This document shows, piece by piece, positions 9,369 to 18,285 of a stretch of DNA of 27,435 bases. Position 1 is the first letter of the stretch. Each line of letters begins with the position of its first letter. Source of the DNA: a virus (lineage: Duplodnaviria; Caudoviricetes); the IMG/VR virus record IMGVR_UViG_3300016464_000475, positions 1 through 27,435 of that record, one strand, 5' to 3'. The notes under the pieces are model-generated. The model searched no databases and was not told the DNA's origin. It saw nothing but the letters and a program-made list of their open reading frames with translations. The position numbers and the translations under genes were made by a program.

Positions 9369-9716
9369 ATGTCTGAAAAGAAAACACAAAAGGTAAAAAT
9401 CATTGATAAAAACAAAGTTATCAAAGCTGAAATACCAGGTATTTTCTATTATAGATTTAACAAAATGCTTGCTGAGCACTTTGAATACAAAGATCAGGAA
9501 CATTTTAAACAAATAATGGCAGATATAAAAGAAGGTAAACAAGAAACACCTCTTGCATACCATGTATATACCATTATAGCATTTCAAGTTCTACTAGAAG
9601 ACCTAGCTGAAGAGCAAGGTTTAATGGAAGAAATTGAAATTGATTTAGAAACAGGAGAGCGGATTAGTATAGAGAAAAGCCAACAAGCTCCCCAATCTCA
9701 ATCGACGCCTGAATAG
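9369..9716 (+). CDS. hypothetical protein (only credible + strand gene)
   Basis: 115 aa; occupies an otherwise empty minus-strand gap; has its own promoter-like element. Confidence 0.75.
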   Translation: MSEKKTQKVKIIDKNKVIKAEIPGIFYYRFNKMLAEHFEYKDQEHFKQIMADIKEGKQETPLAYHVYTIIAFQVLLEDLAEEQGLMEEIEIDLETGERISIEKSQQAPQSQSTPE

Positions 9717-10038
9717 CCATACTTAATTCTTCTTTGCTACAATCTGAAAATGACTTACACTTACTGTCAGTGCAAAGTCCTGCGCGTAACTTAACTTGTA
9801 ACTTCATGTCTTCAAAAGAGTCACCAGTATAGTTAGCAAGCTCTCGTATATGCTTATGAACTTTACTTATCTGAGCATAGCTAGCATCAGAAGTCTGTAC
9901 CTCATAAGTAACAATTACAGTTTCACCTTCCTGCAACCCTTTAATAAATAAACCTAGCTTAGCAGATCCTAATGGATCTATCTCTAGATTCTTATTTACT
10001 ACTTTTGCGCGTATACTTACGGGTAGTTGGTCTGCCAT
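9664..10038 (-). CDS. NinB/YbcN-like protein
   Basis: SYAQISKVHKHIRELANYTG.SFEDMK...SFSDCSKEELS..I pattern; start at MADQLP. Confidence 0.55.
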   Translation of the reverse strand: MADQLPVSIRAKVVNKNLEIDPLGSAKLGLFIKGLQEGETVIVTYEVQTSDASYAQISKVHKHIRELANYTGDSFEDMKLQVKLRAGLCTDSKCKSFSDCSKEELSMAIQASIEIGELVGFSLY

Positions 10039-10300
10039 TGTCTTTGGTTTTATTCTTACTTCCTTTAGGTCTTCCAGGTCCTCTCTTAGCAACCTTAGGC
10101 TTATTATTAGCTGTCGTAAGCTTTCTATGCGAACTGAATAGTTCCATGTACTTATCTAACAAGTCCATATAAGAGTTATCACCAGCAGCAACCTCATCTT
10201 TAAGATTTTGAATTTGCTTACTTCTAATAAGTAATCCTGTACAGATACCGCCTATTAGGCCAGAACCTGTTAATACTATAACATCAGTTAGTGTTACCAT
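9992..10300 (-). CDS. membrane-anchored protein with AT-hook-like tail
   Basis: N-terminal TM, short coiled coil, KRGPGRPKGSKNK. Confidence 0.65.
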   Translation of the reverse strand: MVTLTDVIVLTGSGLIGGICTGLLIRSKQIQNLKDEVAAGDNSYMDLLDKYMELFSSHRKLTTANNKPKVAKRGPGRPKGSKNKTKDNGRPTTRKYTRKSSK

Positions 10301-10304
10301 TTTT

Positions 10305-10613
10305 TTAAGGTTTTAAGTGGAGATAGGCTATACCTTCTTCCACGGTTATATAATCAATTTTTAATCCTTGCCATTCATATAAGAAGTCTCCCATATCTGT
10401 ACCGCTAGTCTCCTCACCATGCCATTCAGCTTGTGCAGCGATGTATGGTCCACCACTAGGGTCAAACATAGAGAACTTATAGTTGGGCATACCTGTTTCA
10501 CCGGGCCATCCTCCTACACGGAAGTGCTCGCTGAACCCTGTCATCTCTATGACATTGTCTTTTTTCTCAAAGGTGATCACATCACCATACCTGTTTTTAT
10601 ACTGTGTCTTCAT
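10305..10613 (-). CDS. hypothetical protein
   Basis: 102 aa; NRYGD...FDPSGGPYI. Confidence 0.75.
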   Translation of the reverse strand: MKTQYKNRYGDVITFEKKDNVIEMTGFSEHFRVGGWPGETGMPNYKFSMFDPSGGPYIAAQAEWHGEETSGTDMGDFLYEWQGLKIDYITVEEGIAYLHLKP

Positions 10614-10614
10614 A

Positions 10615-11505
10615 CTAAAATATATAACGTATTGTATTCCAAGGGATTAGTAACTCATGCAAGGCTCTAAACTGGTAGATATAATCTGCCTTAAGCTTAT
10701 GCTCATAGCGGATATTTAACTGACCATTACTAGAGATTTTATTCTCTTGTATATCAGGCCTCCATAGTAGTTCTTCCCCGGGAATATTGTTAGCAAGATT
10801 ATACTCATGCTTCTTCTCATTGTGAGTAAGAAATATAACCTCAGACTTTATACCCTTTTCCTTCTTATGTCTAGCATGCACAATCTTGTCTACCAGCATA
10901 AACAAATCTCGGTAGTCTTCTAACCAAGTATCCGTAACTATAACAGGACTAAAGTTAATGTGTACATCATAGCCAGATTTAATAAAATAATTAATAGCAT
11001 CTATCCTATCTTCTATAGGACTGGTATCAGGCTCTAGTATATCCGCATACTTCTGCGGCATAAGACTAAATCTAATACGGGTTCTACTAGGATGAGTCTC
11101 AATAAATGACAGGTTATAGTTTACATGCTTGGTAGCAAACGAAAACATCATAGCCTTACCTTTTGCATAGTCAAATATCTTCTGTAAGTCATAGTACTTA
11201 GCATGCAAAGCTAGATCCTCGTTAGTACCTATATCATAGGTTACTCTACTCTCATGTGTCTGGTTAGGTTTATTATCCAAGAGCCATCTAGCAGGAGAAA
11301 GACTATGGTAATGTTCACCTATAGCATCTAATACATCATCTACATTTTTTGCAATCTGTAATCCGGTAGGACGGTGTCTCTTCATGTAGCAGTAACTGCA
11401 GTTGAATAAACACCCGTGCCCAAAGCTAGGAGCAATGAAGTCCGTGCTTCTACCTGATTCAGTAATCTTAAGTTGTCTTCTGGTTACTTCCTTTACTAGA
11501 CTCAT
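10615..11505 (-). CDS. splB: spore photoproduct lyase-like radical SAM enzyme
   Basis: GCLFNCSYCY (CxxxCxxC), FATK, TRIRFSL, EP.TS.IEDRI.A, HINFSPVI, C-terminal IRYIF. Confidence 0.85.
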   Translation of the reverse strand: MSLVKEVTRRQLKITESGRSTDFIAPSFGHGCLFNCSYCYMKRHRPTGLQIAKNVDDVLDAIGEHYHSLSPARWLLDNKPNQTHESRVTYDIGTNEDLALHAKYYDLQKIFDYAKGKAMMFSFATKHVNYNLSFIETHPSRTRIRFSLMPQKYADILEPDTSPIEDRIDAINYFIKSGYDVHINFSPVIVTDTWLEDYRDLFMLVDKIVHARHKKEKGIKSEVIFLTHNEKKHEYNLANNIPGEELLWRPDIQENKISSNGQLNIRYEHKLKADYIYQFRALHELLIPWNTIRYIF

Positions 11506-11641
11506 TAGCTAACTGCTTTATTTTTCTTCGTACTATATCAACGCAATCATCTATACCCTTATACGGGTTTAGATAGGGCACAGTTCTGTTATTACGCAGA
11601 TTCTCCATCTGCATAACAAGTTCTTCTAATACCTCTTTCAC
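11468..11641 (-). CDS. small hypothetical protein (57 aa, GTG start)
   Basis: Read by hand: MKEVLEELVMQMENLRNNRTVPYLNPYKGIDDCVDIVRRKIKQLANESSKGSNQKTT; fills the gap. Confidence 0.45.
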   Translation of the reverse strand: MKEVLEELVMQMENLRNNRTVPYLNPYKGIDDCVDIVRRKIKQLANESSKGSNQKTT

Positions 11642-11642
11642 A

Positions 11643-11915
11643 TTACCAAGTAATACAGACAGCAGCTTCGTTAACTAGAAAGTATAAAGCACCATCAATG
11701 TCAATAATCTCTGCATTAGCAAGAGCATTCCCTACATATACCAAACTACCTGCTTCTACTATAGTACATTCAGTACCTACAGCATGTACCTTAAGCTTAG
11801 TCCAGCTTTTCATCCACTCTTTTTCCATAAGAGCTTCTGACTCATCCGTTAATAACACCTGAGACTCAGGCTTCATAGGCTTCTCAATGAGAATTCTTTT
11901 TCCGTGTAACTTCAT
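11643..11915 (-). CDS. GroES/Cpn10-like protein
   Basis: KLHGKRILIE...KVHAVG..CTIVEAGSLVY...IDGALYFLVNEAAV; start at ATG 11915. Confidence 0.7.
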   Translation of the reverse strand: MKLHGKRILIEKPMKPESQVLLTDESEALMEKEWMKSWTKLKVHAVGTECTIVEAGSLVYVGNALANAEIIDIDGALYFLVNEAAVCITW

Positions 11916-11916
11916 A

Positions 11917-13068
11917 TTATAAATTATTAAATAGATTACTCCACTGTTTACCAATCTCTTTCCAGTCATACTCTGGAGAAGAAAACTTTTTTATAGACTT
12001 TTCAGATAGCTTGCGATAAAGAGTCTTGTCTCTATAGATTCTTGACATAGCATTTACCACATCATCCACGAGTACTAACTTAGCAGTAACAGATATAAAC
12101 TCTAAAGTAAAATCTATATCTGCTGGTATAAATACTGCAGTATCTTTATGTATATCAGCTAGGGCTGAGTGTTTAGGTACTACTTGAGGTGCTCCGGTTA
12201 AAGCATGTTCTACATTACATAGACCAAAGCCTTCACCAACACCTGTATTTAATCCTACATCACATGCATTATAGATAAGATTTAATTCTTCTGTAGGAAT
12301 ATTCTGTATACCCTCACCCTCACTGGTAAATATAATCTTATCATCAATACCCAGCTTCTTAGATATCCTCACAAGATCAACATGTATATCTTTTACACCA
12401 GAGTGTAGATATAAGTATATGTTCTTCTTATCCCTAGCAAACTTTTTAAAAGCTCTTAGAGTTATATCTAATCTTTTTCTTGGTTGATTCCTATTAGCAT
12501 TTAAAAATATAAACGCATCCCATAGTTCAGGTCTACTAGGAAATAAGTGTTTACGTACCTCTAGTTTACTACTAAGTTTGTGAAATCTAGGATCTATACC
12601 GTGAGGTATAACTTCATAAGGTAAATCAGGAGCAGCATCTTTTGCTACATCTAAACCAAACTTATTATACATTACAACTTTAGAAAAGATATCTAGTCCC
12701 GAGTACCATTCAGGATTATGATCCTCAGCATCTACAGGTATATAAGCTACAAGCTTAGCTTCGGTACCAGATTGTTTAATAAACGGAACCATCTTGTCTA
12801 TTACCCAGACATCACTTATAATAAAGATTATATCAAAGTCTGTTTCTTTAATTACACTCATAAAAGAAAGTACACCCACTGGATTGTCAGGTCTTTTCTC
12901 TACAGTATATATCTTATAGGGAAAGTAATGTTCTTCACCATTATAATTTATACCTAACACATATGGATCATACTCATCTTTAGGTAGATTAGTTATGATG
13001 TTATGCATCACATTAGAAAATCCAGTAGCATGGGTAGGACTATCTCCCCAGAATAATATCTTTTTCAT
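11917..13068 (-). CDS. GT-B fold (GT4) glycosyltransferase
   Basis: TGFS, IPHGID, NRNQPRKRLD, YNACD, GEGFGLCNVE (ExxxxxxxE). Confidence 0.9.
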   Translation of the reverse strand: MKKILFWGDSPTHATGFSNVMHNIITNLPKDEYDPYVLGINYNGEEHYFPYKIYTVEKRPDNPVGVLSFMSVIKETDFDIIFIISDVWVIDKMVPFIKQSGTEAKLVAYIPVDAEDHNPEWYSGLDIFSKVVMYNKFGLDVAKDAAPDLPYEVIPHGIDPRFHKLSSKLEVRKHLFPSRPELWDAFIFLNANRNQPRKRLDITLRAFKKFARDKKNIYLYLHSGVKDIHVDLVRISKKLGIDDKIIFTSEGEGIQNIPTEELNLIYNACDVGLNTGVGEGFGLCNVEHALTGAPQVVPKHSALADIHKDTAVFIPADIDFTLEFISVTAKLVLVDDVVNAMSRIYRDKTLYRKLSEKSIKKFSSPEYDWKEIGKQWSNLFNNL

Positions 13069-13085
13069 GAGTTGGTTTTGAAAAA

Positions 13086-13093
13086 CAAATATA
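13086..13093 (-). promoter_or_regulatory. Bacteroidota sigma-A -7 element (TATATTTG)
   Basis: TAnnTTTG 17 nt upstream of the glycosyltransferase ATG. Confidence 0.6.
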
Positions 13094-13100
13094 CAATAGT

Positions 13101-13316
13101 TTAATGTAATTCCTCATCAGTAGGATCAGTTGTTGTACCTACAGTTATCGGGTCTACATATACAGTATCCTCCGGTATCTTAACAGCTTTAAACATTTGG
13201 TAGTCTTCTCTCTCAAGAGGAACATCTTTCCATGCTAGGTACATCGCTATTGTACCCGCACAATCTAGCAGTAACAAGAATGCTATTGCCCACATTAGAT
13301 ACTTAGTCATCTCCAC
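13101..13316 (-). CDS. small membrane protein
   Basis: N-terminal hydrophobic helix. Confidence 0.6.
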   Translation of the reverse strand: MEMTKYLMWAIAFLLLLDCAGTIAMYLAWKDVPLEREDYQMFKAVKIPEDTVYVDPITVGTTTDPTDEELH

Positions 13317-13593
13317 CTCCTTTGATTTTATCTCTCATCCATTTTGCACCGACTGTAAAATATGATCTTTTCATAGAAGTACCAACTTCAAGACCTACAG
13401 TAAGTGGATTTGGATATGGGTATATTTCTACTGATTCATCCCAAATCTCCTCATCACTTGGTAGTTCTATTTGGTTAGCCAATGCTCCTACTATATAGCC
13501 GTTAATCCACATGGACTTATCATTACTATTACAAGAATCACAATCTGTCCAAGCATCTTCTGCTTTTTTTCTTAATTTTTCTACCTTACTCAT
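13303..13593 (-). CDS. hypothetical protein
   Basis: 96 aa; IELPSDEEI...GAKWMRDKI. Confidence 0.7.
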   Translation of the reverse strand: MSKVEKLRKKAEDAWTDCDSCNSNDKSMWINGYIVGALANQIELPSDEEIWDESVEIYPYPNPLTVGLEVGTSMKRSYFTVGAKWMRDKIKGGGDD

Positions 13594-13879
13594 TCTCTTG
13601 TTCTAGTTCAGGACGGTTGACCTTAAGGCCCCACATCAGGTTATACATAGAAGCAGATGTCTGAGCATATCTAGTAGTAAGACCTCTATGCTTACGTAAA
13701 TATGCTACCATCCACTCCATCCATTTAGCTTCTTGCTCAGGAGTCATGGTCCAGTCATAGTACCATTGATCCTTACGGTCCTTGATATCCTCATAGGATA
13801 CATCGTGACCAGCTATAATAAACATGGTATTGATTATATCTTTTACCATGTCATCATCGGTTAGTCTTTTACTTTTCAT
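13586..13879 (-). CDS. hypothetical protein
   Basis: 97 aa, Trp-rich, overlapping neighbours. Confidence 0.7.
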   Translation of the reverse strand: MKSKRLTDDDMVKDIINTMFIIAGHDVSYEDIKDRKDQWYYDWTMTPEQEAKWMEWMVAYLRKHRGLTTRYAQTSASMYNLMWGLKVNRPELEQENE

Positions 13880-14090
13880 TTTCTACAAATATTGGTGTAA
13901 CAGTTTCCATTGGATCACCCTTAAGTCTAGATAAAATACATACTTTACCTACAAAAAGATCCAATTCATCATTGTTTTTTGTATAGACAACAAGTGCCTT
14001 AAACTCTAAAAAACTTAAGTCATCCTTAGTAACATCCTCTTTTAGATATAAGACATTATCTCCTACCTTTACATAATCTCCTACTTTCAT
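13869..14090 (-). CDS. hypothetical protein
   Basis: 73 aa; ATGA coupling. Confidence 0.6.
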   Translation of the reverse strand: MKVGDYVKVGDNVLYLKEDVTKDDLSFLEFKALVVYTKNNDELDLFVGKVCILSRLKGDPMETVTPIFVENEK

Positions 14091-14383
14091 GGGTCTTCTA
14101 TTTCACAGGTTAAATCTAGTTCACCAAACACCTTAGCAATTGGTTCAAGCTTATCACGAGGACCATACTTAGCTACAGCTTTACCCTCATTATGCACTTT
14201 CATTGCAATCTCGGCAGCTTTAGCAGCAGATATCTGGCAGTATACAATAAGAGCCATAATAACTTTATCAAAACTATTGTGGTCATCATTGAACAGGATA
14301 AGCTTGCTGTCCTCCATAAAGGACAGGTCAAGCTTTACATCCTCTAGTTCAATAGTTTTAGTCTCGCCAATTGATCCAGTCAT
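14087..14383 (-). CDS. clpS: ClpS-like N-degron adaptor
   Basis: LILFNDDHNSFDKVI...A.EIAMKVHNEGKAV; start position uncertain. Confidence 0.85.
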   Translation of the reverse strand: MTGSIGETKTIELEDVKLDLSFMEDSKLILFNDDHNSFDKVIMALIVYCQISAAKAAEIAMKVHNEGKAVAKYGPRDKLEPIAKVFGELDLTCEIEDP

Positions 14384-14600
14384 CTTCATCATCAGCATTT
14401 TGTTCTTTAAAACAATCTCTGCACAAGCCTGCTTCTTCAAGCATGGCTTCTTCATATGCATCGGCATCAAGTTCATCAGTTGCTGCTTCTACAGCCATAC
14501 CGCGAATAATATCTGCATCACAATATCTACACAAATCATCTACTTGATTCCAGGGTGCATTAACATCTTGTTCTGCACCAGCGGGTAAATTACTGTTCAT
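14358..14600 (-). CDS. small acidic CxxC...CxxC protein
   Basis: LPAGAEQDVNAPWNQ, CRYC/CRDC; start ATG 14600. Confidence 0.65.
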   Translation of the reverse strand: MNSNLPAGAEQDVNAPWNQVDDLCRYCDADIIRGMAVEAATDELDADAYEEAMLEEAGLCRDCFKEQNADDEDDWINWRD

Positions 14601-15681
14601 TTGCTTTAATCCATTTAATTTTTGAATCATCATATTGCTCTAAAGCATTTTGTACCCATGTGGTATCTACAGTATTATCATAACAAAGTATGTGTACTAT
14701 AGCCTTTTCTGTAGGGTTGAGGCGTAATAATCTACCCAATCTTTGTGCAGACTTCCGCTCATTACCATATGCGTGCATAATAATACCTTGTTTAAGATTA
14801 GGAATATTAACACCCTCGTTTAACTGTAATACACAGCTGAGTTTATCAATATCACCATTTTTAAACAACTTAAGATTATCCTCGGATGCTTTATTACTAC
14901 TATGATAACTATGTGTACACATTCTATCCGCTTGTTCTTGTGTATTAGCAAATAGAATAACCTTATCAGTTATCTTATTGAACAATCTTAAAGCATAACG
15001 CTCTTTGCTGGGATAACCCATCATAGATTTCATACGCATTACTCTAAGTATTTGCTCTTCTTTAAAACTACCAGCATTCATTAGTTTTTCCGTCCAGTAG
15101 TTATAGTTCTTTAACTCTGAAGATGGAAAATAACCTTTTTTAGTTTTTTGCTTATAAGTTAAGCTCTTATCTAAATCTAATAAATGTATAATAATTTCAT
15201 AGTCATTTAGAATACCATGCTCTACAGCCTCATCAGTGATGTATCGGTATTTAATAGGACAATACTTGGCTACCATTTGTCCTTTCTCGGACTTTGCAAT
15301 GCGCGGCGGTGTACCAGTAAGACCTACAATTGTACCTTTATATTGTGAAAGCCAAGACTCGTGAGATTCTAAAAGATTGTGACATTCATCTAAATATACC
15401 ACATCATAGTCTAATGCTTGCTTTGTAAGAGACAAGTATGTAGTAAAGGTGATATGTGGTTTAAGATAATCCATATTGAATTTATCAGCTTCTTCAAGCC
15501 AAGATTTAAATATAGATCTCTTTGGTGCTACAACTAATACTTTTAACTCTTCATAATAATGTTCGGCAATATGCTGTAAGCCTATGAGAGTTTTACCAAC
15601 TCCCATAGACACAGCAATACCAGAACGCTTATTAGAATTTAAAGTATCAAGAGCTTGCTTTTGAATCTCTTCCCTGCTCAT
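14590..15681 (-). CDS. SF2 DExH helicase
   Basis: MGVGKT, DECH, TGT, EGVNIP, QRLGRLLR. Confidence 0.92.
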   Translation of the reverse strand: MSREEIQKQALDTLNSNKRSGIAVSMGVGKTLIGLQHIAEHYYEELKVLVVAPKRSIFKSWLEEADKFNMDYLKPHITFTTYLSLTKQALDYDVVYLDECHNLLESHESWLSQYKGTIVGLTGTPPRIAKSEKGQMVAKYCPIKYRYITDEAVEHGILNDYEIIIHLLDLDKSLTYKQKTKKGYFPSSELKNYNYWTEKLMNAGSFKEEQILRVMRMKSMMGYPSKERYALRLFNKITDKVILFANTQEQADRMCTHSYHSSNKASEDNLKLFKNGDIDKLSCVLQLNEGVNIPNLKQGIIMHAYGNERKSAQRLGRLLRLNPTEKAIVHILCYDNTVDTTWVQNALEQYDDSKIKWIKANEQ

Positions 15682-15682
15682 A

Positions 15683-16489
15683 TTATAAAGCTGAAATGCT
15701 TATAAATGTTGAATCATCACTTTTATGTTTCTCTTGAAACTCTTTAAAATTGATGTTACGACCAAAGTCTGTATTAATAAAATCTTTAATTGCTTCTTCT
15801 GTCTCAATAAAATCTGTAGAAAGTACTAAGGTATCACCTGTTTCAAGTGTTACAGTAAATTCATCTAATTCAGGAACTTCTAAAGCAAATTCACCATTAT
15901 CAACACTACCAATATAACCTGTTGTCATATAATTTGTAGAAATACCATGCACTTGTTTAATATTTTTATTAGAATCTACAACAAAAAACACAGTATCACC
16001 AGACTTAGTTATGTTATAAATGTTATTAGCAATTCTTTTTGCTAATAAAGTTGTTGCACCAGCTCTTTGACCATAAACATCCAAAAGAGAAGTCTTCTCT
16101 TGTATAGCATCAAATAACTCTGATAACAAATATCTTTCTACTTTTCTAATTGCATGCACATAATGTGATGCAAAATAATCAGAACTTATATGAGAATTTT
16201 CTTTTAGATAATCAATTGCCTTATGCAATCTAGTTCTATAAGGTTCTAAACCTGCAAGTTCAGCAACAATAAACTTAGACATTTCTTCTGGATAAAGTAA
16301 TAATGATACTTCACCACCCATACCATCTGCTAAACAAAAGATGCCATCTTCATTGTTAACATAAAGAGCATCTTGATTATCTTTAGAATAATCTTGTTTT
16401 ACAGCTGTACCATAAACAAGATTTTTTTCAATTGCAATAAAAGGCTTATTATCTTGTCTTATATTATTTAATTCTGTAATAGTTTTCAT
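15683..16489 (-). CDS. PP2C/PPM-family phosphatase-like protein
   Basis: NQDA, ADGMGG, GATT, GDT, LSTD, DDST. Confidence 0.75.
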   Translation of the reverse strand: MKTITELNNIRQDNKPFIAIEKNLVYGTAVKQDYSKDNQDALYVNNEDGIFCLADGMGGEVSLLLYPEEMSKFIVAELAGLEPYRTRLHKAIDYLKENSHISSDYFASHYVHAIRKVERYLLSELFDAIQEKTSLLDVYGQRAGATTLLAKRIANNIYNITKSGDTVFFVVDSNKNIKQVHGISTNYMTTGYIGSVDNGEFALEVPELDEFTVTLETGDTLVLSTDFIETEEAIKDFINTDFGRNINFKEFQEKHKSDDSTFISISAL

Positions 16490-16491
16490 AC

Positions 16492-16833
16492 TTATTTTTT
16501 TATTTTTCTTATATAAAAGTTTTCGGGATACTCCGGTCCCACATACAATAGGAGTAATTCGCAGATATAGTGTAAACCTAAAGTACTATGAGAATAAGTC
16601 ATACCATTTAAATGTTTACAGCATGCTCTCTCAATAGTAAATCTCTCACTGTCTGGTAATGGTGTAGCAGATATCTCAAAGGTCATAACTTTATCATCTG
16701 TATCACCATATAGCTTGCGGACTATACTACTAAGTTCATGGTGAACCACAAGATCATTGCTGTCTCCACGCCATGTAGGTTCTACTACACGTAGGTTCTC
16801 GAACCCATCTAATTTTTCAAATCTTATAATCAT
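16492..16833 (-). CDS. hypothetical protein
   Basis: 113 aa ORF. Confidence 0.65.
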   Translation of the reverse strand: MIIRFEKLDGFENLRVVEPTWRGDSNDLVVHHELSSIVRKLYGDTDDKVMTFEISATPLPDSERFTIERACCKHLNGMTYSHSTLGLHYICELLLLYVGPEYPENFYIRKIKK

Positions 16834-17249
16834 GATTCTCTTGATTTACTAAAGTCTAATAACTTTGCTTCTATAGGATTAGTTTCTATCCAACCGTGAC
16901 AAGTCCTGCATACTGCTAAGAACTCGGTATCATCTAGTAATAGAGCACCAGTTCTACCCTTTTTATGGTGTACATCACATGCATTAACAGCACAACCTGG
17001 AAGATGTGCCTCACAATAAGGCTTTCTTTTTAAGAATTGCTCTCTTAATACCATGTAAGCAGCATTTAGTTTAACAGTCTTGGAAGATTGAAGGCGCATA
17101 GGTTTTTTCGCCGTTGGTTTTTTAATGCTTGATAAACCCTTAAATTGTTTGCTCCAGCATGACTTACAAAACCTTTGCTTACCTTCTTTCTTCCAAATAC
17201 TAGTTATCTCATTACATCCATCACATTTCTTCTGCTTGGCTTGCAACAT
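16830..17249 (-). CDS. HNH-type endonuclease with N-terminal Zn finger
   Basis: CDGC..CKSC; CE..C...DVHH.KGR...VCRTCH. Confidence 0.75.
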   Translation of the reverse strand: MLQAKQKKCDGCNEITSIWKKEGKQRFCKSCWSKQFKGLSSIKKPTAKKPMRLQSSKTVKLNAAYMVLREQFLKRKPYCEAHLPGCAVNACDVHHKKGRTGALLLDDTEFLAVCRTCHGWIETNPIEAKLLDFSKSRES

Positions 17250-17430
17250 TATCAGATTTCATTATAATAATAGAATCACCACCATAAGTAAGGGCAATAT
17301 GACTGCCCTCACCTACTTGTGTAATGATATTTTCTTGCTTAGTTAATTGCTTAAGCATAATCTCCTCAGCTTCTGTCTCAGGAGTAAGAACAAGTTTCGT
17401 TGACCCGTTCATTATAAATGTTGTTTTCAT
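17221..17430 (-). CDS. hypothetical protein
   Basis: 69 aa from MKTTF. Confidence 0.6.
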   Translation of the reverse strand: MKTTFIMNGSTKLVLTPETEAEEIMLKQLTKQENIITQVGEGSHIALTYGGDSIIIMKSDNVASQAEEM

Positions 17431-17434
17431 AAAA

Positions 17435-17746
17435 TTAAATCTTGGCTTTATCAAAACAGCCTAGAACCTCATCATATAGATCTTTATCCGCTTCTTCAAT
17501 CAAATCCACTACATCTTCAAGCTTCTTATTAATATTACAAGCTATTATATAATGTTCAGATTCTTGCATCTTACGAATATCTTCATCAGTAAGAGGTTGT
17601 GTAATACGTATTTGACCAAAATCAAGAATGTTCATTACATCTTCTAACGATTTATGTTCAAAGATATCCTCATAGGTATCTAACCATTTACGGTTACTGA
17701 AGTAGATAAATAAGATTTCGCGGTTATCAAGATCGCTGAGTTTCAT
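17435..17746 (-). CDS. hypothetical protein
   Basis: 103 aa acidic ORF. Confidence 0.7.
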   Translation of the reverse strand: MKLSDLDNREILFIYFSNRKWLDTYEDIFEHKSLEDVMNILDFGQIRITQPLTDEDIRKMQESEHYIIACNINKKLEDVVDLIEEADKDLYDEVLGCFDKAKI

Positions 17747-17752
17747 ACTGTT

Positions 17753-18232
17753 TTATTTTAGTTGATAAAAATTATAAGGTAATACCTTTTCCTCTATCAA
17801 TTTGTTAACTACTTCCTTTTTACTAACACCTAAAGATTTAAATTCTAAAGTGCTAATATAGTTAGGATCAATGTCATTAACAAATTTCTCAGCATATTCT
17901 TTGGCAAAGCTGCTATTCCAAAATATGGTACGCAGAAAATCCGCAGTCCATTGATTAGTAAGCTGTTGCTTCCAAAGATTTAAAACATTTTGCGCGCGAT
18001 CATGCACCTTTTGGATACGCTTTTTCTTATCCCAATGCATTTTCGCCAATTCCTCCGGAGAGTAAACACTTAATCCAAACAGCACACGCTTATACAGAAA
18101 ATTCTGCTGTGCGTTAAACTCGTCTTTTTCATAGACCATTTGTTGTTTGCGTCCTGGATTACCATACAACTGGTAAGATTGCATCTTACCTTTGTAAACT
18201 ACTTTTTGTGCAAAAGAGTAATTGTTATTCAT
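17753..18232 (-). CDS. hypothetical protein
   Basis: 159 aa ORF with AAAAACCAA leader. Confidence 0.75.
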   Translation of the reverse strand: MNNNYSFAQKVVYKGKMQSYQLYGNPGRKQQMVYEKDEFNAQQNFLYKRVLFGLSVYSPEELAKMHWDKKKRIQKVHDRAQNVLNLWKQQLTNQWTADFLRTIFWNSSFAKEYAEKFVNDIDPNYISTLEFKSLGVSKKEVVNKLIEEKVLPYNFYQLK

Positions 18233-18256
18233 ATTTATTTGAGTTGGTTTTTATAC

Positions 18257-18285
18257 AAAAAAACAAGGATAAACTTACCCTTGTT
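18257..18285 (-). terminator. intrinsic terminator-like hairpin
   Basis: AACAAGGGTAA-GT-TTATCCTTGTT then TTTTT. Confidence 0.65.
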
